In this document: positions 36,748-45,102 of the stretch, piece by piece
Numbering within the stretch: position 1 is the stretch's first letter
Layout of the letters: each line of letters opens with the position of its first letter
Assembly: GCA_043819075.1 (NCBI GenBank)
Contig: JBDRFE010000029.1
Coordinates: 1-61,160 of the forward strand
From: an archaeon
GTDB lineage: Archaea > Iainarchaeota > Iainarchaeia > Iainarchaeales > 1-14-0-10-31-34
Length of the DNA stretch: 61,160 bases
Reading direction: 5' to 3'
Position numbers and translations under genes: made by a program
Notes under the pieces: model-generated
The model's input: the letters and a program-made list of their open reading frames with translations, nothing else
What the model was told of the DNA's origin: nothing
Databases searched by the model: none

Positions 36748-38274
36748 ATCAAGAACACATATTATGTTACAACTCCGTTGTATTATGTTAACGACAAACC
36801 TCATATCGGCTCTGCTTACACTACTATTGCAGCTGATGTCCTTGCAAGATTTCACAGGATTAAAGGAGAAAAAGTTTTTTTTCTCACTGGAACAGACGAG
36901 CACGGGGAAAAAGTTGCCAAAGCCGCAGCAGAAAAAGGAAAAGAGCCAAAACAGTTTTTGGATGAATTAATTCCTTTTTACAAGGAAGCATGGCAGAAGC
37001 TTAACATCTCTTATGATTTTTTTATCCGCACAACAGATTTAATGCATGAAAAAGCTGTTCTAAAGTTTTTCAAGAAAATCTATGACAACGGAGACATTTA
37101 TTTAGGGGAATACGAAGGCTATTATTGTGTTCCATGCGAAACCTATTACTCTAAAACACAGTTAAAAGAAGAAAAATTCTGTCCAAGCTGCGGAAAAGAA
37201 ACACAGCTAATGAGAGAAGAATCTTATTTTTTCAGGCTAAGCAAATACCAGCAGGCATTATTAGGTTACATTGAAAGCGATGAAGTTGTATTGCCTGAAC
37301 CAAGAAAAAACGAAATAATTAATTTCATTAAACAAGGCTTAACCGATTTATCTATTTCAAGGACTTCAATTAAATGGGGGATTCCTGTTCCATTAAACAA
37401 AAAGCATGTAATTTATGTCTGGTTTGACGCCTTGCTGAATTATATTACTGCAATAGGCTATGGAAGCAATTCAAAGCAATTCAAAACCATCTGGCCTGCA
37501 GACGTGCATTTAATGGGAAAAGAAATTGTAAGGTTTCATGCAGTTATCTGGCCTGCAATGCTTCTTTCAGCTGGACTGCCTTTGCCAAAAAAAGTTTTCG
37601 GCCACGGCTGGCTTACAGTTGAAGGACAAAAAATGTCTAAATCAAAAGGCAACGTAATTGACCCGATACAGGTTTCAGAAAAATATTCTGTTGATGCATT
37701 GCGTTATTTTTTGTTAAGAGAAATTCCTTTTGGCTCTGACGGGGATTACTCAGAAAAAGCCTTGGTGCAGAGAATTAATTCAGAGTTAGCTGATTCTTTA
37801 GGAAACTTATTGAACAGGACAATTGTAATGATTGAAAAATATTTTGATGGAAAAATTCCCAAAGCATTCAATATTTCCAAACAAGAAAAAGAGTTAAGGG
37901 ATTTAACTTTAAGCAAGGCAGAGGAAACAGGTAAATTAATTGATGCGCTTGAACTGCATAAAGCCCTGGCTTCTGTCTGGGAAATAATTGACGCATCCAA
38001 TAAATTCATTAATGATTCAAAGCCATGGGAACTCGCAAAATCAGGCGAAAAAGAAAAATTAGCTAATGTCCTTTACTCTCTTTCAGAGTCTTTAAGGATT
38101 ACAAGCATTTTATTGTTTCCTTTCATGCCTGAAACCTCTAAAAAAATCCAGAAACAGTTGGGGGTAAGTTCTTTTCAGTTTGATGAAGCATTAAAATGGA
38201 ATTTAATTAAAGAAAACACTCTTACAGGCACGCCAGAAATCTTGTTCAAAAAAATTGAGGAACAGAAAAATTAG
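36748..38274 (+). CDS. metG: Methionine--tRNA ligase (short form), apparent ATC start
   Basis: YYVTTPLYYVN..PHIG (HIGH), YVWFDAL, KMSKS; conserved YYVTTP lies upstream of the track's TTG at 36778. Confidence 0.93.
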   Translation: MKNTYYVTTPLYYVNDKPHIGSAYTTIAADVLARFHRIKGEKVFFLTGTDEHGEKVAKAAAEKGKEPKQFLDELIPFYKEAWQKLNISYDFFIRTTDLMHEKAVLKFFKKIYDNGDIYLGEYEGYYCVPCETYYSKTQLKEEKFCPSCGKETQLMREESYFFRLSKYQQALLGYIESDEVVLPEPRKNEIINFIKQGLTDLSISRTSIKWGIPVPLNKKHVIYVWFDALLNYITAIGYGSNSKQFKTIWPADVHLMGKEIVRFHAVIWPAMLLSAGLPLPKKVFGHGWLTVEGQKMSKSKGNVIDPIQVSEKYSVDALRYFLLREIPFGSDGDYSEKALVQRINSELADSLGNLLNRTIVMIEKYFDGKIPKAFNISKQEKELRDLTLSKAEETGKLIDALELHKALASVWEIIDASNKFINDSKPWELAKSGEKEKLANVLYSLSESLRITSILLFPFMPETSKKIQKQLGVSSFQFDEALKWNLIKENTLTGTPEILFKKIEEQKN

Positions 38275-38843
38275 GTTAATTTTTTTTCAAAATTTATTGT
38301 TTTTGGAATTTGGTCGCCTATTATCCCGTCTTGTGTATTCATTCTTTTAAGTTTTTTTGCAAGTTCTTTTTCAGATTTAACCCCGTATTGCTGGAAAGTT
38401 CTTTTCGGGTCAGTTACTTTCATTCCTGCAGATAAAAATAATAATGCACTGGTTTTTTTTGAAGTTGAAAATTTAACTATTTTTAAGCCTGCTGATCGTG
38501 CCATGTCAAAATGAGTTTCAAGCGCTATTCTTCCAAGGCCGTGGCCACGAAACTTTGGTTCAACAGCTCTAACAAAAAAACCCAGAGAGGCTCCTCCGGC
38601 ATTAACCAGCCCTTTTTTTGTCCAAAGGAAAAAGGTTTGAAATCCGTGTTCATAAATCGCGTGAATGAATATTTTTTTCCCTGCCCTGAAAACTCTTACT
38701 TTTTCTAAAGGAGACTTAGAACGCTGTTCAAGTCTGGTTATGATTGACTTTTCAAGCATCCTTTTCCTGCCTGCACGAAACCAGCCTTTTCTGGAAGATG
38801 TTTCTGGCTGAACTATTTTTGCTTTAGGTTTTTTGCTAGGCAT
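38271..38843 (-). CDS. Basic GNAT-like hypothetical protein
   Basis: VEPKFRGHGLG acetyl-CoA-binding motif A; K/R-rich N-terminus. Confidence 0.6.
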   Translation of the reverse strand: MPSKKPKAKIVQPETSSRKGWFRAGRKRMLEKSIITRLEQRSKSPLEKVRVFRAGKKIFIHAIYEHGFQTFFLWTKKGLVNAGGASLGFFVRAVEPKFRGHGLGRIALETHFDMARSAGLKIVKFSTSKKTSALLFLSAGMKVTDPKRTFQQYGVKSEKELAKKLKRMNTQDGIIGDQIPKTINFEKKLT

Positions 38844-38917
38844 TTTTACCGCAATATTATTTTAACAGATACCTTATTTTTAAAGATATTCAAAAAAACA
38901 GATGAAGAACTGGCTGA

Positions 38918-39235
38918 TTAGGCAGTAACTGCTATTTTTTCTTTTGGGGCGGTTTCTTCAATCATTCTTGATTCAAATTTCAGCAAATCATTAACCAGTT
39001 TGCTTTTTGTGTTTAATTTAAAGAGTTTTGTTTTTCCATAGACTCTTGTCACCTTAACCAGCCCTAATTCCTCTGCTTTATGCCAGTGATTGAAAAAAGA
39101 TGCCTTGCTTATCCCTGCTAATTCCTGCAGTTCTTTTTTAGAGTAATCTTCCCCTATGTTGTCAATCAAAGCATCCAAAATTCTGATAAATGGAGTGTTT
39201 CCAAAAAACCTAACCAAGTTTGTTGTGTTTTCCAT
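38918..39235 (-). CDS. Winged-helix DNA-binding protein
   Basis: DYSKKELQELAGISKASF helix-turn-helix and TRVYGKTKLFKLN wing. Confidence 0.8.
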   Translation of the reverse strand: MENTTNLVRFFGNTPFIRILDALIDNIGEDYSKKELQELAGISKASFFNHWHKAEELGLVKVTRVYGKTKLFKLNTKSKLVNDLLKFESRMIEETAPKEKIAVTA

Positions 39236-39290
39236 ACAACATTTGTCGAAAGAAAAGGTTTATATTATAATACTTTCAAAGTCTTTTTAA

Positions 39291-39563
39291 ATGGACAAAT
39301 GTGGTTTGGTTAAAGCCAAGCTTTTATTTAAGCTGGCAAGAAGAAGGAACTGGGGCAACAGCCACACAGCTTTCGATAACCTGAAAAAAGGTTTTAAGCC
39401 AAAAGACCATGGCTTAGTCAAAGAAGTTGCAGAGAATTTAATTAAAGAAAACTTTTTGTTCAAGAAGCCCACAGGCTATGGGCTTCATGTTTCACTTAAC
39501 CATGAAAAAGCCCTGCAAATAAAAAAAATTATTAATGATTTCCTGGGAGTAAAAGTTGATTAG
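39291..39563 (+). CDS. Small basic hypothetical protein
   Basis: 90-aa ORF (WG.SHT, KPTGYG..VSLN), divergent from the wHTH gene. Confidence 0.65.
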   Translation: MDKCGLVKAKLLFKLARRRNWGNSHTAFDNLKKGFKPKDHGLVKEVAENLIKENFLFKKPTGYGLHVSLNHEKALQIKKIINDFLGVKVD

Positions 39564-39566
39564 CCT

Positions 39567-39962
39567 TTATTCACTTGGCTTTTTCCTTATAACTTTAACG
39601 TTTTCCCCGTATTTCATGTACTCTACTTCGTCTCCTGAAGCCAGTCCCTTTAATTCTGATGGAAGCTCTGAAGTAAAAGTTGCATAAGAAAGTGTATCCA
39701 TTAACTGCAGAGAAGAACCCATTAATGCAACAACTTGTGCGTTTCCTTTTTCAATTATTGGAACTTCTGCATCAGCTGAAGTAGGCTGCAATAAGCCTTT
39801 TTTTGTGTTTTGGAAGACGCCTGTTGCAACAATTCTTGCTTTAGTTGAACCGTGTTTCCCTGGCTTTGATTTGTCAATTGAACTAATCTTGCACACTATA
39901 TCGTCAATCAATACATAACCGTTTTCTTTTAACTGGCTTATTTTAACAAATTTTTTTTCCAA
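39567..39962 (-). CDS. eif5a: Translation factor aIF-5A
   Basis: SKPGKHGSTKAR hypusine loop. Confidence 0.96.
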   Translation of the reverse strand: MEKKFVKISQLKENGYVLIDDIVCKISSIDKSKPGKHGSTKARIVATGVFQNTKKGLLQPTSADAEVPIIEKGNAQVVALMGSSLQLMDTLSYATFTSELPSELKGLASGDEVEYMKYGENVKVIRKKPSE

Positions 39963-40068
39963 TGAAACACCCCTGTCTTTTGCTTAAAAATCCTTTAAAT
40001 CAATATCTTAATAATTTTATGCCGCCATTTAAGTTAATGCATTATTATAATGCTTTCGAGGCTTTTAA

Positions 40069-40521
40069 ATGTTTTTGGATGGATTTTTTGGGAAAAAAGA
40101 GTCAGCTAAAAACATTGCAGTTTTCGTTGACGGCCCAAATATTTTAAGAAAAGAACTTAATGTTGACTTGGATGAAATAAAGAAATCCCTTGAAAAATTC
40201 GGAAAAATAAAGATAGGGAAAGTTTTTTTGAACCAATATGCTTCAGACAAATTAGTGGAAGCAGTCGTTAATCAGGGCTTTGAATCAATTATCACTGTAG
40301 GGGACGTTGATGTTTATATGGCAGTTGATGCAACAGAAACAATCTTCAATAACTCAATTCAGTTGATTGCTTTTGTAACAAGGGATTCAGATTTCCTGCC
40401 GGTTTTAGTGAAAGCAAAAAGATACGGCAAAGACACAATAGTTGTTTTGGCTGAAGAAGCTTCTGCTGCGGCATTAAAGAATACAGCAGACCATGTAATT
40501 GTATTAGGAAAAAAAAGGTGA
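40069..40521 (+). CDS. NYN-domain protein (TIGR00288-like)
   Basis: FVDGPN, DVDV.MAVDA, RDSDF.P motifs. Confidence 0.88.
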   Translation: MFLDGFFGKKESAKNIAVFVDGPNILRKELNVDLDEIKKSLEKFGKIKIGKVFLNQYASDKLVEAVVNQGFESIITVGDVDVYMAVDATETIFNNSIQLIAFVTRDSDFLPVLVKAKRYGKDTIVVLAEEASAAALKNTADHVIVLGKKR

Positions 40522-40525
40522 ATTC

Positions 40526-41017
40526 ATGAAACTGGTTGAAGGAAGAATCGTGGAACAGGCAGTTGAATTACAGCAAAACACTTTCAGCGACAGGATGATT
40601 GACTTAATCAAGACAAAATTCAGCGGTTACGTTAATATTACGATTGAAGGCTTTGACGGATTAGAAGAAGGAACACTGATTTTCAGGGAAGGAAAAATAA
40701 TTGCCTCTGCATATGAATACTTAAAATATGATGTGACAGTTAACGGTGACTCAGCTATTGCACAAACCTTTAATGCAGGTTCAGCTAAATTCGGGGTATT
40801 TGATGTAATTTCATTTCGTTCAACTGACGCAGAATTAACTATTGCAGTCAACCCAAAAATAAGGATTGACATTGATGTGTCCCCGAATGACATAAAAAAA
40901 CTGTCTCATTCTTCTTTCAACTCTTCTTATGCAAGGAAAGTGCTTTCAATGATAATGAAGACTTCAAGCAAGAAATCAGAGATAATGAAGAAATTAGGCT
41001 TGAGTTCAATGGGTTAA
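40526..41017 (+). CDS. DUF2226-like protein
   Basis: FSGYVNITIEG..G..EG.LIF..GKII pattern; AGGTGA SD. Confidence 0.65.
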   Translation: MKLVEGRIVEQAVELQQNTFSDRMIDLIKTKFSGYVNITIEGFDGLEEGTLIFREGKIIASAYEYLKYDVTVNGDSAIAQTFNAGSAKFGVFDVISFRSTDAELTIAVNPKIRIDIDVSPNDIKKLSHSSFNSSYARKVLSMIMKTSSKKSEIMKKLGLSSMG

Positions 41018-41077
41018 AAGCAATAAAAAGCAATAAAAACATTATTGCGAATCCTTTTATTTTATACAGGAATTAAA

Positions 41078-41530
41078 ATGAAATCAAAAGTTAAATTTCT
41101 TGCGCAAAAACTGCTTGGACTGGATTCAACTGAAGTGCCAAAAACACAGCTGAATGCAATCACTGAAATGCTTTCAAAACACAAATTCAACACAAACGTT
41201 GAAGATTTAAAGAAATTGCTTTCAATCCTGAAAAAAAAGCATTTGGTTGACCACATATGCATTGCAAGCAAAAATGGGTCAGTTATTGCTTCAACTGCAA
41301 ACGGCAACGGCTTAAAAGAAGCAATAATTGGCACAGCAATGTTTAATTACATTAAATCAGAAATCCCTAAATCTGAAACAGTTTTAATTAAATCAGATGA
41401 CTGGTACATGTTAATGCCGTATAAAAACAAGGTTTTTATTGTAAGGGCTCCGGCAAGCCTTTCAACAATTGAATTCAATGCTTTAGCAAAAGAGGTAGAA
41501 GACAAGCTGTCAAAAGGAAAAAGCTTTTAA
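41078..41530 (+). CDS. Hypothetical protein, possible Roadblock/longin-like C-terminal domain
   Basis: ICIASKNGSVIAS and strand pattern resemble Roadblock/LC7; weak. Confidence 0.45.
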   Translation: MKSKVKFLAQKLLGLDSTEVPKTQLNAITEMLSKHKFNTNVEDLKKLLSILKKKHLVDHICIASKNGSVIASTANGNGLKEAIIGTAMFNYIKSEIPKSETVLIKSDDWYMLMPYKNKVFIVRAPASLSTIEFNALAKEVEDKLSKGKSF

Positions 41531-41582
41531 TAACAAACAATTTCTTTTAATTATACTTAATTAATTTCAGAGGATTTTTTTT

Positions 41583-43886
41583 ATGGGAACAGTTTATGCT
41601 CTTGCTTCAGGAAAAGGCGGAGTGGGGAAAAGCCTGGCTTATGATGAATTTGTTAGCTTGTCTAATGGTTCTGTTATTCAAATAGGTCCATACATAGACA
41701 AACTGATTGAAGAAAGAAAAGAAGAAGTCAAACAATTAATCTGTAAGACGACTGAAGGAAAAGAAGAAATATTTGAAGTGCTGCAGCCTTCCACAGACTT
41801 AATTCTGGACACTGTTGAATTTAATGCTGAAAAACAGGAAATTATTTCTGAAATAAATCTTCCAGTTGCCTTGATGAGAAAGCCGGCTCCAAAAAAATTA
41901 ATTAAAGTTGAGTGTGCAGCAGGAAGCATTTCTGTTACTCCAGAGCACAAATTCATTGTGATGAGAAAAGGAAAGCTTGAAAAATTAAGGGCAGATGAAA
42001 TAAAAGAAAAAAAAGATTATCTTGTATTGCTGAACCAGTGCAATTCTTTTGAATTCCTTGAAGAAAAGATTTCAGCTGAAGCTGCTGAATTGTTAGGTTA
42101 TGTCACTGGAGACGGATACATGGAAGGCTATAAAATCCATGTTTTTTGTTCAGATAACAGCCTTCTTCCAAAAATAAGAGAAAACTTTATGGCTGTTTTT
42201 GGTTCATATAAAGAAAATGTTTCAAGAAACTTGCACAGAATTTCTTTTTTCAGAACAGGAACAGTGAAAGAATTGTATGAAAAATGTGGAGTAAAAATTT
42301 CAACTGCAGGAAGCAAGGAAGTCCCATCAGAATTATTTAACTCTTCAAATAATTCAGTGGCGGCTTTTTTGAGGGCGCTGTTTGACTGTGACGGTTCAGC
42401 CCACGTTTCCAGAAGGCAGATAGAATTTGATTCAAAAAGCAAAAAACTTGTTTTTCAGGTTGCATCCCTTTTAAGGACAAGATTTGGGATACTATCCCAG
42501 ATAAAGCCAACATTCAAAATTGCCAGAAACGGAAAAATGAAGGAAAAAGGAGAATACTGGAGAATGCATTTAACAGGAAACAACGCAGCAAAGTTTGCTG
42601 AATTTATCGGGTTCAACGATTCGGGAAAACAAGCAAGAATGATGGAACAGCTTAACAGCAGTAAAGCAGTAAACACAAACATTGACGTTTATCCTGTCGG
42701 AAAAATATTGAAACAAATCAGGCAAGAATCAAACATTTCTGCGCCAGCAATCGCAAAGACAATGAATTGTTCAAAGCAGATGATTTACGAATATGAATGG
42801 GAATATTACGCTTTATCAAAAGAAAAAGTAAAAAATTACATTAATGCATTTGAATCTCTTGGGGTTGAAAGCAAAATATTGAATTGGCTTAAATATTTAG
42901 TTAACTCTAATCTTGAATTCAGAAGAATTGAGAAAGCCAATGAATTTGAATACTATCATCCTTTTGTTTACGATTTTCAGGTTTCAGATAAAGGAGGCCA
43001 TTTTACTCATGCAACCGGAATAATAGTTTCAAATACAACTATTACAGCAAACCTTGGGATTGCATTGGCTCAAAAAGGAAAAAGAGTTTTATTGGTTGAC
43101 GCAGACATTGCAATGGCAAACTTAAGCCTGTTATTAGGAATGCAGTCTTCTCCGATTACTTTGCATGACGTTTTATTAGGCGAGAGTTCGTTGCAGGATG
43201 CAATCTATGACGGTCCAGGCGGAGTATCTTTTGTTCCATCTGGTTTAAGCTTTGAAAGCTATAGAAGAGTTGATTCAGCTAGATTAGCCGGAGTAATTGC
43301 TTCAGTTAAAGACGATTTTGACTACATTTTATTGGATGCGCCTGCAGGAATTGAAACAAACGTCATGTCAGCCTTAAGCGCTTCAGATAATGTTATTTTA
43401 ATTACAATGCCTATTTCTCCTTCAATTGCAGATGTATTAAAAACAAAAATTGTTGCTGAAAGGCTTGGAGCAAAGCCAATTGGCTTGATAGTTAATTTTG
43501 TGAGAGGCGAAAGAGGGGAAGTCATGCCAGAAGACATAATGAAAATGCTTGAACTGCCAATTTATGGTTTGGTTCCATACGACGAAGACATTAGAAAGTC
43601 TTTTATGCGCGAAAAAATAATGCCCACAATTTTATTTAAGCCAAACTCTAAAGGAGTTGAAGCAATAAACCTTGTGGCAGAAAAACTTACAGGAGTTTCA
43701 ACTGTAATCAGAATGAAAAAAAAGGGGCCCATAACAAGATTTTTAAACAAGTTGTTTTCTATCTTTAAAAGGAAACCAAAACAGGAAAAACAATTAAAGG
43801 AAAGAATACAGGAAAAAAAAGAAGAAGAAAGCTATGAGGATTTGCCTGAAATAAGCGAGGAAAGCATTGAAATAGGGCAAGAGTGA
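41583..43886 (+). CDS. minD: MinD/ParA-family ATPase, intein-containing
   Basis: SGKGGVGK/TTITANLG Walker A split by intein; VLLVDADIAMANL, YILLDAPAG, VPYD motifs; charged tail. Confidence 0.9.
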   Translation: MGTVYALASGKGGVGKSLAYDEFVSLSNGSVIQIGPYIDKLIEERKEEVKQLICKTTEGKEEIFEVLQPSTDLILDTVEFNAEKQEIISEINLPVALMRKPAPKKLIKVECAAGSISVTPEHKFIVMRKGKLEKLRADEIKEKKDYLVLLNQCNSFEFLEEKISAEAAELLGYVTGDGYMEGYKIHVFCSDNSLLPKIRENFMAVFGSYKENVSRNLHRISFFRTGTVKELYEKCGVKISTAGSKEVPSELFNSSNNSVAAFLRALFDCDGSAHVSRRQIEFDSKSKKLVFQVASLLRTRFGILSQIKPTFKIARNGKMKEKGEYWRMHLTGNNAAKFAEFIGFNDSGKQARMMEQLNSSKAVNTNIDVYPVGKILKQIRQESNISAPAIAKTMNCSKQMIYEYEWEYYALSKEKVKNYINAFESLGVESKILNWLKYLVNSNLEFRRIEKANEFEYYHPFVYDFQVSDKGGHFTHATGIIVSNTTITANLGIALAQKGKRVLLVDADIAMANLSLLLGMQSSPITLHDVLLGESSLQDAIYDGPGGVSFVPSGLSFESYRRVDSARLAGVIASVKDDFDYILLDAPAGIETNVMSALSASDNVILITMPISPSIADVLKTKIVAERLGAKPIGLIVNFVRGERGEVMPEDIMKMLELPIYGLVPYDEDIRKSFMREKIMPTILFKPNSKGVEAINLVAEKLTGVSTVIRMKKKGPITRFLNKLFSIFKRKPKQEKQLKERIQEKKEEESYEDLPEISEESIEIGQE
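41631..43034 (+). mobile_element. Intein in MinD Walker A (468 aa) with LAGLIDADG and HTH-like insert
   Basis: SLAYDE start; VTPEH block B; LGYVTGDG and RALFDCDGS; VYDFQV block F; ends IIVSN before +1 Thr. Confidence 0.92.
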
Positions 43887-43890
43887 TTTT

Positions 43891-44109
43891 ATGACAAGCA
43901 GACCATTTGATTTATTGAATGATTCAGTTGGAAAAGAAGTATTAGTTGTAACAAAAGGAAATTTAAGTTTCAGGGGCACACTAAAAGCCTTTGACATTCA
44001 CATGAACGTAGTATTAGAGAACGCAGAAGAATTAGTTGACGGCGAAGCAAAGAAAAAATACGGCAAACTCATCATCCGCGGCGACACAGTAATCTTTATT
44101 TCACCTTAA
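43891..44109 (+). CDS. Sm-like (Lsm) RNA-binding protein
   Basis: GTLKAFDIHMNVVLENAEE and IRGDTVIFISP Sm1/Sm2 motifs. Confidence 0.95.
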   Translation: MTSRPFDLLNDSVGKEVLVVTKGNLSFRGTLKAFDIHMNVVLENAEELVDGEAKKKYGKLIIRGDTVIFISP

Positions 44110-44206
44110 TTTTAAAGCAAGCCAATCTGTTTTCATTTCATCAAATAATATTTAATCATTTCACTTATTTAATGTTTTTATCCAATACTTTTTTCTGCAA
44201 CCAAAT

Positions 44207-44230
44207 GGGCTCTTAGATCAGTGGCAACAT
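44207..44230 (+). pseudogene. Relic tRNA 5' end (tRNA-Ala-like)
   Basis: GGGCTCTTAGATCAGTGGCAACAT has the layout of tRNA nt 1-20 (TAG at 8-10, D-loop GG) and aligns with the 5' end of the tRNA at 44958. Confidence 0.6.
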
Positions 44231-44252
44231 CCCAGAAAAAACAAAGGCAAAA

Positions 44253-44978
44253 ATGCTTCGAATGATTGAAGAAAATGCTTCATTAAACAATATTTCAAAA
44301 CAAACAGGGCTGGCAAAAACAACGATTTATTATTATTCAAGAAAAATTATTGGAAAAAAGTATTTTGAACCAGAATTTGAACTGGAATACTCTGAAACTG
44401 AAGGAGAAATTGCAGGCATTTTTGCAGGTGACGGAAGCCAGTTTCATGATTCAGAAAGAGGCAGTTATCAGGTTAATGTTCATTTTGGAAAAACAGATTA
44501 TGTCTTTTATGTAAAGGATTTGTTTGAAAAATATTTCAACAAAAAGTTCAGGTTGCAACAGGAAAGCAGAGGGCGAAGCAGGTTATGCACTCAATCAAAG
44601 AAAATTTTTTGCCATTTCAAGAATTATCTGGAATATGATTCAAGGGTTAAGCACTCAACTGTTAAATTAAAATCACTGAATTTCCCTGAAAAATTCCTGA
44701 TTGGTTTTTTGAGAGGCTTTCTTGATACCGACGGCACAATATCGCTGTGTTCTGACAGGCCAATGAGAATAGTTTACACTACAACTTCAAAAGAGCTTGC
44801 CAGTCAATTAAAAACTATTTTAAGGAAATTTGATATTGATTGCGGAGGATATACTGCTAAACGTTTAAATTTAAAAGATTTGCATCAAGTTTATATTTTG
44901 GCAAGATCTAATGAACAGTTTTTGCAAAAAGTGAAACCATTTAAAAGGAAAAGGCTTGGGCCTCTAGTGTATCGGTAA
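44253..44978 (+). mobile_element. Free-standing LAGLIDADG homing endonuclease-like ORF with N-terminal HTH
   Basis: IAGIFAGDGS and FLRGFLDTDGT motifs; N-terminal ISKQTGLAKTTIYYY HTH; last codons are tRNA nt 1-21. Confidence 0.85.
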
Positions 44979-45029
44979 CATATGCCCTTGGCATGGGCAA
45001 GACGCCGGGTTCGATTCCCGGGAGGTCCA
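44958..45029 (+). tRNA. tRNA-Ala(GGC)
   Basis: Cloverleaf: acceptor GGGCCTC/GAGGTCC with G3:U70, anticodon arm TGCCC-TTGGCAT-GGGCA, T arm CCGGG-TTCGATT-CCCGG, discriminator A. Confidence 0.95.
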
Positions 45030-45102
45030 CTTACATTATTTTTTCTCTTTTCAGAAATCTTTATATTTTATAACAACCCTAATTGATAGGATTGATTAAA
45101 AA

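Noticed and set aside
36740-36970. 76-aa ORF overlapping the metG start, and the many short antisense ORFs in the track
   Set aside because: Alternative-frame or shadow ORFs within well-supported genes, with no motifs.
44207-45029. LAGLIDADG ORF as an intron of a spliced tRNA
   Set aside because: The relic 5' end (GGGCTCT; D-stem GATC) pairs poorly with the 3' half (GAGGTCC; ACAT), and the downstream tRNA is already complete.
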